Positions 14,183 to 29,010 of a stretch of 64,000 bases of DNA are shown here, in pieces. Made by a program: the position numbers and the translations under genes. The stretch is from Tubulanus polymorphus. Its lineage: Eukaryota; Animalia; Nemertea. The stretch's first letter is position 1. The number at the start of each line of letters is the position of its first letter. The stretch is taken from positions 23,718,150 through 23,782,149 of the forward strand of contig NC_134026.1 in the NCBI RefSeq assembly GCF_964204645.1, written 5' to 3'. The notes below the pieces were generated by a model. The model searched no databases. It was not told where the DNA came from and worked only from the letters and a program-made list of their open reading frames with translations.

Positions 14183-17100
14183 GTCTGTGATCATCTAAGC
14201 GGTCGAAATTGAAAAACTTTTTTCTCCGCAAACAGGTGAAACAAGTTAATGTATTGAATGACATCTGCTATCTATTTTTTTCATCCATTTAGTAAGATAA
14301 ATGGAGATAGAGGTAACGCCAGGAATGACTGTCGATTTACTGATAGAATGTCAGCATCATCATCAGGAACGGAGTAGTCTATCAGTTATCGCGCAGCAGT
14401 TCAGGCAGAACCGGAAGCAGCGCAGGCTTATTTATAGGTAGGGTTACTCGCAGTCATCAGTGAGTATTTCCGGTTGTATTCATGGATCGGCATCGCTATG
14501 GAACGTGCGACGTTTTCTGTCTGTCGTAAAAAATTACCTGCTCCTTGAAGCTGATGGCTCTCCACGGTATAATGTAATTATGAATATCTTTGGGGTGATA
14601 CAGCAGGTTATCAAGCGCAGCCTATTAATATTCATTTACATTAGCTAGACAATTCATCTGCTGACAGGTGTAATAGACGTCAGCCAATATGAAAAGGTGG
14701 ACATATATTTTGAAAATCTTGGCAAAATATTTATCCATGGAGTTTTCACTCGGCGGATGTTTACCACTGACTACAAAAGACAATCATTCGAAAGACAGCA
14801 TTCAAATATAGAGAAAGAAAATCCAAAACTGAACGTGCAATCTACAAGTTTTTAAACATTTCTGGAACGACTAAAATTTAAAGCAAGCCAATCAATTTGA
14901 AGCTGCTGCCACCATTGAGCCAGTCAAAGGCATGCAAATAAACAGCGCCATTTAGTCACGTATGTTAATTTCATCACTGCATATTTTCTTCACTCGAAAT
15001 TACAATCGCGTTGAAATTGCTGCACACACACACAAACGCGCGAGTTAATCAACTGTTTCTCTCATCTTCTCTTTCGATATGAAATCTGAAACCGAAGATA
15101 TCACATTTTGCTTCACAGGAATCGTAGTTTCATCACTCAAATAGCTCCCTCCTATTATGAAATACTGAAAATGTAAGACGAGCTACGGAGACATTTACGT
15201 AATGCATTTTCTCAATAACTGTGGCGTATGAACTGGTTTGAATACAATTTCAGACTTTCGATTCAGCCGTATATTTCAGTAAAATCTATATTTCATGTAA
15301 AGCGTTTCCTGCTTATCGGTTTATGGATTGAAATTCCTATGGGTTCGAGATCAGTCAGATATCGATGAAACATCATGAACGAGTGGTTCCTATTTTTGAT
15401 GACCAATTTCAACAAACTTGTAACGTGCAGACATTATGAAATGAGTATCTTCGTCTATGGGGGCGACTCTGTCTATCAATAGTAGATTAGTAGTTATTAA
15501 TTACTATATTCTGGATATAGCAGAACGGACCTTTGACTTCATCAATTTACCTTCACAGATCAACAGTAGTCACTAGGCTTTCATTTGATTCAGATGATTC
15601 TAGAATTCTAGATATGCAATCAATAACCATATATACATATATTCAGTCAGGTCTCATAGAGTTGGCGAGCTTACAATATAAATATACCTGATTCGTTGTT
15701 GACGTAACTGATTCAACGGCCCACCTATCATTCATATTCTTCTTCAAGAGCCCGGGGTTGATGTCAAGTCAAATTCGATGCACACTTCCAATCATGCAAA
15801 TGTGTCACTCTAACCAACAACCACTCTCTAATTTTCGTACAGCCACAGTTTTTGCAATACTCTAGGGCAACAAATTGCCGATTCCAGTACATCGGGATAC
15901 CGTTGTGGCAAAATTGAGCAAATCCGAAAAGGTCAAACATGACCAAACCGCTGCAACGCGAATATTTACATCATAAGCGCAACACAACATCTCAAAATTG
16001 AATGAAAAATGATGCACGATTCGAAGATGAAAGCTTCATCCAATGCGGGAGGGGGGCTTGTTGTGGGAATACCGATAATTTTTGATGCAAGTAATCGCAT
16101 GTAAATTTTTCTCATGTCAAAGCAGTTCAACTACCCTAAGACGATGTTAGCTTAACCAAGTTATTAGTCACTCACTACGTGGCCTCAGGAAGAATGCGCA
16201 AAGTCACTCTTCCTTTTGAATTTGTAATAAAATTCTTTAAACACTGAACTTGTCATGCCTAATGGGAAAACATCTTGCACTTGGTATAAAAGCTTGCAAA
16301 TGAATAATGTCAGCACAAGTTGCAGATGTTGCTTCCCCATCAGGGAAACTGTCGTCATCGATTTTATCTCCGCCAAGATGCCTTTAGTCGACAATTTTTC
16401 TGCAACGCAAACCAGACTCGACGTCGAAAGGCGTAAATGCTTACGCGAAACCTCCGCGAAGAGACACATCAACTACGACTGCATGACTACAATATAAATG
16501 ACGTGCCGGCTTCTGTTTCTTGGTGGCAAAATCGTTAATGACTTCAGCGGTGTGTTTAATCAAATGTTCAAATATCGCAGCTTGTCTTTAATCTCATTAT
16601 ACGAAATCAGTACAAGCTTTTGCAAGTGCAGCATCGATGTAATTGGTATATACATTCATACACGTAGCTGTACTTCATTCAGATTTCGAAATAGCAATAA
16701 ACGACGACAAATGCAAAACATCACTGATTTAACTACCAGACATGGCAATCACACACGCCTATACGCTGAAAGCTGTAGTTTTAGTAGAACGCAGGTATTT
16801 TGAAATATTCACATCTTGGGATACGGAAAATTCGGCATTAAAATGATGAATGGCTGAGTAAAGGTTTCTTGGAGTCATTATTAGCCGTAGGGACCATCAT
16901 TATAAACCTGACCACATCTGTTAGCACACACGCCATTACTCGCAACCACTCCCAGTGGTATGATAAAACTAGGGCTGACAGTGAAACTAATGAGACTTTA
17001 GCAATCGTTTCATGGTGATAACCTAGCCATGACGTGACGCAGGTTGGCTTGACAAAAATGTCACTACGTCTGACTTAGATACCAATCTGTGGTACACTTT

Positions 17101-20100
17101 ATTCCAGACCCTACTTCCTCGGGGTTTCGCTTTGTAGTAGTTTTCAGCCCAATTTACAGCAATTTGAAAATGAAAATAGTAATTTGATTGAAAATCAACA
17201 CGAAGGCATTCTGATTTTCATAGTATTTTGATAGTTCTGTAAGTAATCAAGCCTTTAAAAGAGTTGTAACTACTCTCATATGGTAACAGTAGTCAGGTCT
17301 GTTATTGGGTCAACTTAGAATTGGAGACATGTACGCTACAGATCACAAGATAGATACTCGCGACAAAACAAAGCAGTTGAAATTAGGGTTTGTTTCAAAG
17401 CAATCATCGCAGTCAGAATTTTCAAACGAAATGAGGATTTATAACAGAAAAAAAATGTCCTCTGGTCCATTGCAATGATTTGTATCTAGAACCAGTCCAA
17501 TATGAATACAAAAATCTAATCTTTGACGCCATTCAACCAGTAGCCCAGTATCCTATGCAAGAAGGATCTGAGGAACGAAACAAACTTGGGAATGGCTTTC
17601 TGTTGACGATCGACTTGTCGTCACTGCAAACTCGCCAACTTGTATAGCTATAATTGGAAGTAACAACCTAACGTTTACATGTGACGTATATACACGAATG
17701 TGACACCGAATACTGATGCAGAAATAACTGCTGTTTCCACTCGTACCAAATCAACGAAACATTCACTAATTATATTTATAGATAAATCATTAACCATGAA
17801 CTAATACTCCACATACACGTTCGGCAGACATATTGATAGGACAACTCGGGCGAATTAGTTGTTTTTTCATTATATCAATATTCATTACTTTCATACCCGA
17901 TTACCTGTCTGGTGACTGACTGACAGTATATAGACTCACATTACAAATCACTCAACGACGATGTACGGCTTTCAAGTTTCATCCAGATTAGAAGAAACGA
18001 CTGAAAAACATATGAATCGCTCTCATATTTTAAGTCGGCAATGTGAAAACCAAATGGATTAAAATGTCCCTTGAGGTACGGCGAAATGAGCTGTGCAATA
18101 AGGAAGCGAATTGCGATTATCTTGCAGACAGAAAAAAAGGCTTTGAAATGAGAAACGTTTTGAATGTTTGTCAGGCACTCGCGAAATACAATGTTTTAAG
18201 CAACGTCTTCTGTGTATAAGTCAGATAGAGGCAGTAAGCCAAAACACAGAGGAAATTTTGATTCATTGAAAAAGTTTTCTCTTCCCTATGTCAATAGATG
18301 AAATGTCACTGAGATTATAATATTGAAATGTGGGATCCAACACGGCAGTCGGGGGAAAGAACTAAAACTTTGAGAGCATTTGAGTTTTTAGATATCGTAG
18401 TCAATGTTGAAGCACTGTCATTATCAATAAAATCCGTGCCCACTTCCGAGAATAGAATTGACCCAAGCGATTATCAACACCAGTTTACATATTTTTGTCG
18501 TACCAACGAAAATAATTTCTCACTTGTCGCGGGTTGAAATTGGGAGTTTTGAGGCCACAAATTTCATCAGTCCACTTGTAATCTCCACAGGGGATGGTAG
18601 TTATGAAGATATTGGTGGACCCCGCGCGTGTATTAGATCGATATGATCAATCGCAGATAGACGACGTGAGACAATTGATAGAATCGACTAAACTGACAGA
18701 CGAACGTCGGCGCAGCACCCAATACAAATATAAACGATGCGGGCAATAATTGCTCAGTGACAATACCGGCAACAGCGAGACTTTCAGAAATCATAAACAG
18801 ACAGCTTCGACACACTCAGAATTGAACATCAAACGAAAATTAAGTTAACAGCTACCAGTTACCGTTCAGACTATAATTTCCTGTTCTTAGCTCGAGACAA
18901 GTTGTATTTTGCAACTATGAAAGGAAAATGAACGGGGCATTGAACACAAAGCCTCCTGAGCAATGGCCCAGAAAAAGGAAGTGGATATCTCTGGGGGGGG
19001 AAATGACTGTTTCGAGGTTCGATTTGCAACAAAACCGAAAATAAAAACTGTACTAGGGATTGCTAGATACCTATTCACGGATAACAGGACTGAGCGAAAA
19101 TGAAACCAGCGATATCAGGTCACAGATATCGATGACAGATATCGCAGAATGCATTAATGATGCATGACAGAATGTTGTGGAAACAGCAGACAGTGCAGGT
19201 GGTGAATCTCATCGTCGTTCCGAGGATGAACGTCTGAAATTCAGGGAACATTCTGTTTCCACAGAAGATGAAACAAGATATCCTGAATTGATACCGCATA
19301 AACATAACCTGTCTGTACGTACAGACTGGAGAAATATATGATTTTCTTTCTTAAACAAAACTAAAGGTTTCAGAAAATGATGCATAATCAAAAAAACAAG
19401 GTGAAAAAGGAGTAATCCAACATCAGTAAAAAATACAGTGGATAAGACAACCTTTGAGACAAAAGAGCTTAGACTTCAAGTCACTGTCTTAGGCGGCTTT
19501 GCATTGTGTACGATATGTTTCAATTCCATCAAGAACTGCTACAATGATCATAGATCGCAGCTCTCCCCGCGGATACCTAGTCAGAAGTTTGTCTGTCACA
19601 CTCGAAAGCTTATTTCACCTCGGGAGAATGGAAAAATATGTTAAGCTCGGTTCATCAATCATCATGCATAGAACACTGGGGATACAGACGATATGAAGAA
19701 ACGAGACAGGTCAACACATCGGAAATTTTAAATTTCCTCAGTCCCTATCAACGAAATGAGCAATCTGCGAACCGTTTTCAACTTCGTATTCGCTCGCAGA
19801 TGTTCCGAGAATAAGCCGCAGGGGATAATTACTGAAATGATATAAACTAAACATCTTTTTGATAGTCATCGTACATACATATACATTTGTTTAATCGATC
19901 ATATGACATCTCATGATTCAAGGTGTTGAGGTTGATTCCTTGGGCGGCATATTTACTAGCAAAAAAATGTAACATTACCAGCCATGAGCATAGCTAAACT
20001 GATCGATGTAGTATTACCCGTGGCACAAAACAACACTACATACAGATCAGCAATGTCAATATTTTTATACGCTATAAAACAATGGTGAAACTTCAGCAGA

Positions 20101-20201
20101 TGAATGTATTGATAACAAACACGTTTTGCACATGTAATAAATCTTTATTTATTTCACGGTGTATTATTAAGAAACCCAATACGTACATACGTGTGAGTAT
20201 A

Positions 20202-20211
<10 letters not shown>

Positions 20212-20276
<65 letters not shown>
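20212..20276. repeat. (TA)n microsatellite
   Basis: About 32 uninterrupted TA units. Confidence 0.97.
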
Positions 20277-20278
<2 letters not shown>

Positions 20279-22117
20279 TCTCAACTTTCGTCAGGTTTTG
20301 TGAACTAGAAAACGGCGCCGATGACAGTGTATTGACACTATATCAAAGCAGAAAGAAATCAATTCTCTCAAGAAGGGCGGCAAAGCTACGAAGTAATCAT
20401 CCGAACTGACATGCAATACAGTCATCGCCTTAAATTGCTTATGTTTCTGGTCTCCTTCGGTTCCACTCAGAGTTAAGAGTAGATGATTTTCAGGAAAATA
20501 AAACATCAACGACATTCAAGGCTACATACTTGAAACAAATAACACTAGTTCTGCCATGAATAAATATTGAAAACATCTGACAACGGCGTCTCAGAAACTA
20601 CTGTTATCTGAATAGCTAATGCAAAAATCAATAGGTGAAAAAAACACAGAAATACAGATTTTTTTATTGCTTAAATTACGCTGAAAAACATGGCTAAAAA
20701 TATTTAGATAATGGCACACCAAATTTGGAGAATTTAGCTAGCTAACTATACTGGATGAAAAATTGAGTTGTCGAAAATGAAGATTAAACTATTTACATTT
20801 AATACCAATATATATCAAATACGTTAGGAATTATGATTTTCATGACATAGAAGTAGTTGAAGATTGAACTAATCGAAAGACAAAGTTCATGCACTTTGCC
20901 TTGCGCCAATCCGGCGTACATAGACTCGATCAACGCGCGCATCGTTAAATATCACAGTCGAATGGTAAATATTTGAGTGGCCCCGATGTCATCAGAGAGT
21001 CTGCATCAAATTTATCAATTATCGATATGAAATTTCACGTCGATTGATTCGTTCAACCGACAAGTTCGACCAATAAACTCGCATCGCGACGGCGAAATGG
21101 CCGTGCGGGCGCGCGAAATACTTTCACATCTAAGATCAGATTTTCCACCAGATCGCCCAAATTCGACATCATAAAACTAGCAGACACATCATACTTATCT
21201 AATATTCGTTACTATGACAACGTGAAAAAATTTCCGCCAAACCGACGTTGCAAAAATGCAGTTACAATTGATGAAATTGAGGGCAACATGCGCGCAGGAA
21301 ATATTCAATATTCAACATTGTCGTCAAATCGAATAAAGAACGCTTTCGCACCTGCCAATAGAAATTCCATTGGAATGACGTAATTCGTACCGAAAAAGAC
21401 GAAGAAGAAAAAAAAAACGTCGGTATTTTCGAAATAAATCATTTCTTACATTTCAGCAAATTAATTGCAAGGAGGCGAAGCTTTGTGTTGTCCGCAAGGA
21501 TTAGGGAATATCAGTGCTGCTGCTCGATATAAGCTTTGTCTAAACCGTCAACATTCAGTTTATGGCAATGATGAAATCACAGAATTAGAAAATATTTTCC
21601 ATGGTGAACTTCGCTCATCAATCACGGAAGAAAATCGATTTTTATTTTTGCCGAGGAAATTACGACGCGAATATGAAACCTTATCGAACAAAGCTTCGAA
21701 CACCGACCTGAGACGCAAGCCGGGCGTTATTTGGTGCAATTACGATTATAAATTACGATTAAATTCCATTACTCAAAGAAATTTTTTCTAGGTATTTTTT
21801 TGTTTTTTAAACCTAGTCTGGAGTCGATTTACACCAAAGAAAACTTGAGAATTTCCTCGATTATAAATAACAATTAAATTTCATCACTCAAAGAAATGTT
21901 TAATTCATTGTATCTTAATGATTCCTATGTTTATAAAAGCTTTGTAACGCACCGCGATTAGATTCAATTAGCACGACGCTATATCATAAAAATATTATCA
22001 TTATTATTATTAATTTCATCATCAGTATTATCATTTTTAAGTTATATTTCCTTTGTACTATTATTTTCTATTCATCATTAACCATGGAAAACTCGACATA
22101 TACCTCAAGCGCCGAAT

Positions 22118-22162
22118 GTAACCGCAAAACGTAACCGCAAAACGTAACGGCAAAACGTAACC
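22118..22162. repeat. 13-bp minisatellite (GTAACCGCAAAAC) x about 3.5
   Basis: Directly visible. Confidence 0.9.
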
Positions 22163-24051
22163 ACGACACCGACGAATCACCGGATCGTTTTAAAAAAGTG
22201 CACAATACGTGGTCACTCAGGCACTCGGTTAAGAAAATTACTGCGACTAAACACGAAAGCTGTAGATCGTAAGCAATCTATAACTCGACGGCGGACTGCG
22301 GCGTGTGCGACACTGTATCGACAACGATCACAGCCTGACCATTACTCGTTTATTGAGTGATGGATGACAATGAAGATAAATGCGGGACACAGGAAGAGAT
22401 TAGTTGACCGAAGGTAACCAACAGTAACCAACTGGCCAACGATTCGAAGCCCGCGTGATTCTATAAACATATCGGCGATCGCGGACTGGCTTCGCGAAAC
22501 GAAAACCGGAAATTTCCGACGGTCAAGTGTCAGTCGAGGTCACCACTATCGATCGCTTATAACTAATGAACCATAAAAAAGCGATAAAAATGCCACACAA
22601 TGACCAGAGATGGAAGTTGTCAAGTAGTTGTTGGAGTAGCTGTTGTCATGTTTTAAACAAAGTTTTAATAATATTCTTTAAAAGGTAATAATGCGGCTGC
22701 CCAGGGGAATATATTCGACAAAAAGCGGATTAACTCAAGGAGATATACGAGAGGTTTCAACATTACGACTGGATATGATACAGTCACTGACATAATCAAG
22801 CCAAGTTTGTCGGTATTCTCAAGTTGCACGCAAGACGCTGACAGAAGATCTGAGGGAAAATCTAATCCTTTCTTTGAAATGCGTTCTCGGTCCTTATCAC
22901 TGCGAGGAGTTTGTATCAGTCAATTACACTGACATAAAAATCATGAAATGAGTGAAGAGATAGCAGGAGCGGAAAAAAAACTTCCATACAGTTACGAATC
23001 ATTAATTTCGAACAATTTTGCAATCGTATACTTCCTCTGAATGAAACACACCATTGTCAACATCACCTCCGGTTACAACGCGATCACGATCACTCAGTCA
23101 ATGGGATTTTTTTTAAACGGCTCACGCAATCCACTGATGAAAAGAAATCTTAGCCGAAAGATACCGACAGTTTTCGGTACTTGAAAAGAGGGGGAAAAAA
23201 CGAACAACCAACAATCGTTGTTCAATGCCCGGAAGCTTGAGAAATCGACCGACAGATCGCATCAAAAATATCTACAGAGAATTTGATCCAGGCATACTTC
23301 AAATACTTTTGCAAAAATATGCACATTTACTGGGTGTGTTCAGGTTATATGACAGCAACTACATCAACATCAGCATCAGCATCAGCATCATAATCATTCT
23401 AAAATATTAGGGAGTTCTCTTTAGCTCTTCGTCATCGAGGGAATTCCCTTTGAGCAGTTACATCAGTGCGGTTAGCAAGAACAAAGTTTCTTTCTAAACG
23501 ACATGATAAAACATGGAGAATGATTACTTGTTATATTTGCAACACTTGTTTGTCTGCTTATGAATATAATCCGATGATTTCGAACCATTGGCTACACAGC
23601 ATTCAAAACCAGCACGATTGATGAAAAAGTTGGGCATCCTTTTCCCTTTTCCTGCTCATAGATCTTAATCAAAGAAATTGGGAGGAGAAACGGTATTGTT
23701 ATTGAGAGCATACAACATACATGGTATACTCGTATAGATATAATATAGATGAAGGGCACGGCGAAGTTATCGCAATATCAGAGTCCTGCGGGCAAAAGTC
23801 TTGTGTCATCTTTCTGCAGCAATCGTGATTATATGGTGAGGTTATCCTGTTCGCAATGACAAGGATTAAGGGCAGATCGATCGAGCCAACTGGGAATCAA
23901 GTGAAGCGGCAGATTGTCCCAGCGTGTGGGCAGCTCAATGGTCATGTGATGGCTGCTTGAACAAGGAAACTAGCTCCTTTGCTGACAGCAGCGTTTATAA
24001 ATCACTCGGCCGTTTTTCAATTTGGTACACCACTGATGCCAATGTCGATGA

Positions 24052-24091
24052 AGGGAGAGAGCGAGGGAGAGAGAGAGAGAGAGGGAGAGAG
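24052..24091. repeat. Imperfect (GA)n microsatellite
   Basis: agggagagagcgagggagagagagagagagagggagagag. Confidence 0.85.
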
Positions 24092-27000
24092 TAGGCAATT
24101 GCTTTATGCGTGATGAAATTCAGAACATACACGATGATCAGTGATGTGTCTGGAAAAAGGAACTAGTCATACGAACATGTTCAGTTCAGCGATTTTCATC
24201 AAGTTTGAAATCCCTAGCCCCTAGTTCCACAGCGGAAATGTATCAAACATAAACCTGGAACCAGCTACAAATCAAATTCATACCGTCACCAACCTAAAAC
24301 TTACTGGTTAGACTCGACTACATGCTGCAACCAGGCCCACGAAATCCGAACTTTATAACCGACATAAACAGAAATTGAAAAATATCTTTATAAATCCATG
24401 CGTGGGTATGTCGCAACTACAAATGATGATCTGACATCGAAAAGCTCTGAGACAAAATATGCCCTACAGTTAACCATTAAAAATGGACAAGTCTTCTGAC
24501 TCCCATCATAAATCAATTGGCCTTTTCGTACACATCGACTGTATAAGCCTAGTTGAGGCAGTGTAATGCACAGGCACTGCTCATTTCTCAATCATTTAGT
24601 AGAAATTGGCATGTTCAACTAGTGATGGATTAACAATAAATCCGGGGTGTAAGCAAGAGAATCATTTCGCATATTGTACGACCTGACAGTCGTAAAAATA
24701 TGCTATATTCTCGGTGGACATCAGATTCGTGATTGGGGTAATAGTTTTACTATTCGACAGAAATAAAACCGCCGCGAGATTATGGAGTTTGAAAAAAAAA
24801 ATGAATGCGGCTAACAGCGTTATGAAGCAGAAAATAATAGATTCCGATGTCAATTCGCATCCGATTCGAGATTATACTGAATATATTGAATCTTGCTTGC
24901 GTTGTCACAGCCCTCTGAGGGGAATCACCCAAGTGGCGAGAATTGCAGATTCGAGAAAATCAGATTTATTTCCATGAAATTTCCATAAATATGCTTGCAT
25001 GCATTGAGTGTTAGCTTCCAGATAAGAAAGCACTGAAAACGCGAGCTCGGCTATGAATCTACGATGCCACCCATTCCAAATAATCTGATTTAATGGGTAA
25101 GGCTTTCCAACTGTGCTTCTCCTTTAAGAAGTAAGCCCTTCGATTCTGTCTTAAGTGAATCAACATCATCAACATCTATTGCATAAGTGAACTGGGATCA
25201 ATTATCGATCGGATCTGACGTTATCTTCCTTAAAAATAATAAGAACCCAGCCGGAAATTTCAATAAATCTTCGACATGCAAAGGAAGACAATATTGAAAT
25301 GCACTAATTTCAATAAAACGAACTTAATGAACTCGCGGAAGATTTTCCAACAATTATCTGAGGTATCCAGTAATCAGCGTATGATCATCAACTCATTAAA
25401 TGACCTGGTAGTATCATTTCAAGTCCATGTCCATTTGCATGTTCATGAAATTCCCCCAAGGAGCAGATACAATCGATATACAGCCAGACAGACTTAAAAT
25501 TGTCTAGCCCATTGAAGTGACACGCTGATTCAATACAAGCCGAGGTGGATTATATAACTACTAAGTCTGCGTTCTAATGCTGCAGAACATTATCATGTTC
25601 ATAAGACCATTTCAATGGCGTTTATAGCAGATAAGACAGGCTGCGGCCAGGGGGTGCGATGGGCACCAATACAACCCCCATGGAAGCTAGGCCTACGATA
25701 CTTCTTATTCAAAGTGGCAATTATTCATACCATCACGCTCCCGATTCAACCCAACTCCTATTAGTTACATGTAAAAGATTCGACCCGATATTCCCTGTAA
25801 CCGTCTTCAGATCAATCAATAGATTATTGGACATTTGATAAAATTCATTAGTCAACGACAACATCTTAATCTGAACACATTGCTTAAGAAACTAATTAGT
25901 CCTTCCTGAATTGCATCAAGCTCGCTATAATACCATGATCTACAGGATTTCCTGGTCGGCGAAATCGGTAAGCAATGTACACCGTACAACAACTCGCGTA
26001 AAAAAAACTCATCCTCGCATACATTCATGGAAACGCTGACGAATTTGAATTGAAAGGATTCCGTCAGACATCGCTGAGCGAAATATTTCATCGCAACTGA
26101 TTCGGATATCGCGGATTAGAAACCTAAACCTTCGCCATTGTTCGAAGTGAACGAAAAACAAGCGAATAGCGAAAGATCAATACGACAGAATTCTCCGAAG
26201 ATTTTACCAGCGGGGCAGACGGCATGATGGCGCAGACGAATTATTCAGGGGTGCTTCACTTAGTGCAATTCGATAACACTCAGGCATCTTTTCAACGGGT
26301 TATGGATTATTCAACGGTTTTACAGAGATGGGAAGAGAGTTTTTTTCAATATGCACCGCGCGGATATCGCGTGGTAACACTACCCGTTCCGTCTACACAC
26401 ACCGCCGAACGGTGACTCGATAAAAGAATATCCTCAAACAAACAGCGAAAATCAATGAATCAGTCAGCGCCAGCAATGGCCATTTCAAAAAATCTCTCGC
26501 CAGAAACATAATGAATTAATTCAGAAATAAAAACGTAATCAACCCTTCCTGTTTTAGTGAATAGATGATTCAGGTTTTTTTTTAGACCGAGCGCGGAGAT
26601 GGTGAATTGAATAACAAAAAAGGCCACATCAATCAAATTTACACCCAGTAAGTTGATTCGAGTATACAGTTCAATTCTCAAAAGACGCATAAAAACCGAA
26701 CGCATACCTAGTGAAAATATACAATGATCAAAATTTCCATTAATTCTCCGAAGATTTAAGAGCATGAAACACACGAAAACAATATCTCAGGAAATTGGAA
26801 ATAATAAATTTCCCGAGGCCCTAGAGATTACGAATAATGACGTTCGACGGATATGAAATGACCTACCGTGTCCTGTCGCATATCCAGTTTTACTCCGATA
26901 GAAATTTTTGATTTGAATGAAGAGCCAATGTGCAGTTCGCACTATCTAGTAGTAGTAAGCAATAATCAGTGTGATGCCACTCCACCTGCAGTGTACTGGT

Positions 27001-28669
27001 GACAATCAGTACAGGCATGTAGCCGTGGTCTGGAAGAACCCAATCAATGTCGCTGAAAGGGAGGGGAAGCTCAATCACTTCGTAACTGTATCTCGTCGAA
27101 GATGACAAAACGTAAGTATTTGTCAAGTCGCACACGCAGATACTCTGCCTGTCGCTGATTTGTAAGAATATGCATGAATCAACCATCAACAGCTCTTAAT
27201 AATCCCATTTATTGCGCATTATTTTCCCCACGGGGGGTTCAAGAGAAGCTCGACTGTGTCAGTCACGACGGTTTAATAGCGTGCCAGGCTTACAAGGCAT
27301 TTACATTCGATAAACAGTGAGAGGAACATTAAAAATTCAATGTATTCGCCTCATGACAGGAGAACGTTGCGTCAACAATATGTCCATTAAAAAGTCAAAT
27401 TTGATGAAGGTTCGCTTTAGTCTGAAAAACAGGGCAAGATTCGACATCGTTTCAACATTAGTAAATCTTGTCAATACCAACCTCATGAGCTGACGAAAAC
27501 TTCATCTAAATCAACTTCGCTTTTAAAAAGTCCATTCAGATCGCGCTCATAGATAATGGTAATGATCTCAGACGAATACGGATACTTTATCGAAGAAACG
27601 TGTACCCTTTATCAATTTGTGAACGTCTAGCTCCCCAATTTCCCTAAAATTGTGCTTCAAGAAGTAATGAAGATTGTCGGTATTCCGTATAATTTTGTAA
27701 AGGGGATTACAAACAACCACATCATTGACGTAGCCATACAAATCATTGATATTCTATACGAAACCCGGGTAATTGGCAAATGAAATCAAGCTAATGCTAA
27801 AACACTAAACAAATCAATCGGCTAATGTGCACCGGTGTAACTGGTCACTAGGCTTTTGGATTACAGCATTGTTATCTATGCTTAGCTGGCATTTCTATCT
27901 ATCAGAATTGCTCAGAGCACTGTTACTTTCCATTTCATAGTTTTGGGAAAAAAATCCTCAGCAGCGACATCACCACGGATGGACAGTATCAAAGATGAAT
28001 TGATGTTGATCATAATAGAAACTAATGATGCCCCGCAGTCTGAACCATTTTCGATTGGTTACATGACAGCATCCAAAAGCAGCGCTAAAAATCATTGCGA
28101 AGAGGTTCTATATAATGTTTGGCTGAAACAAATGGTGCGTTGTTGGTACAAATGCATTTGCGGTTTCTATTATCAGCATTTGTCTTGTTTTCTGCCCTTA
28201 AGTAGGAAAACGCTTTGTGAATAGGAAAATCGACATATCCAAATTGGACGGATAACATTTGAGTATAGACGATGCGACAGACAAAGGCAAATGAAGTTAT
28301 TGTTCAATTACGCGTACTCAATTTGTCATATATAAGCAATCTGATTGCACTAACAGCAAAATGCACTTTCAATAATTCATCTCTTGTAAAATTATCTGTG
28401 TATGAAATATTTCCATATCTAGATTACTTGCAATGCCTGTTGCTATATCAGACGTCATCTACTAATTCATTGCGGTCCACAGCATCTGCCTTTGCCTACG
28501 GCTCATCGCCAAAATAAGCTGTATTATGTGTAGTTTGTTGCCACACCTAAATATGCTTTCAGGCTAAACCCCCCCCCCCCTCAATGCGGTATGGATAAAC
28601 AGAATGGAAGATACTTCATTGCTGAAAATGAATTTTAAGAATATCAAACTATTCTGTCATGCGCACATT

Positions 28670-29010
28670 AGCCCCGCGAATACTATCACTAATAAGTCCA
28701 TTCATATTTGGCCTATTCCCTAAATGGACCAATTTAGAATGGACCGAATCAAGGCTGTGCAATCACACGTGTTTTTAAACCAGTTGTTATCACTGGTTTC
28801 ACAACATGCAACACAGTGGTTGACAGGCAATTAAAGAAAATTCCTAATCACACACAGGGAAATGGTCTTTTCTAAAATCCAGAAGGGCCTCTTTGGTTGG
28901 ACTAAATTGGTCCGTACTAGGCTTTTCGCTGATGTGAATGCGTGGTCCATTTTAAATATGGAACAGAATAAAACTTGGAACGTACCAAATGAGGTAGTAT
29001 GGAGTTTATA
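28670..29010. mobile_element. Degenerate inverted copy of the 32077 MITE family
   Basis: About 130 bp alignable by eye to the reverse complement of 32353-32220; right end approximate. Confidence 0.65.

Noticed and set aside
15692-15712. miR-981/miR-76-like TTCGTTGTTGACG
   Set aside because: Several mismatches to the mature sequence as recalled, and no pre-miRNA stem
19168-19341. Protein-looking plus-strand frame (QNVVETADSAGGESHRR...)
   Set aside because: No start codon, no good splice sites, no homology recognised
20082-20409. ORFs with YIYIYI runs
   Set aside because: Translation of the (TA)n microsatellite
22118-22162. Short repeats as possible CRISPR array
   Set aside because: No spacers, eukaryotic context, no cas genes
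28990-29010. let-7-like start TGAGGTAGTA
   Set aside because: Only 10 nt match, no hairpin, lies at the end of a degenerate MITE
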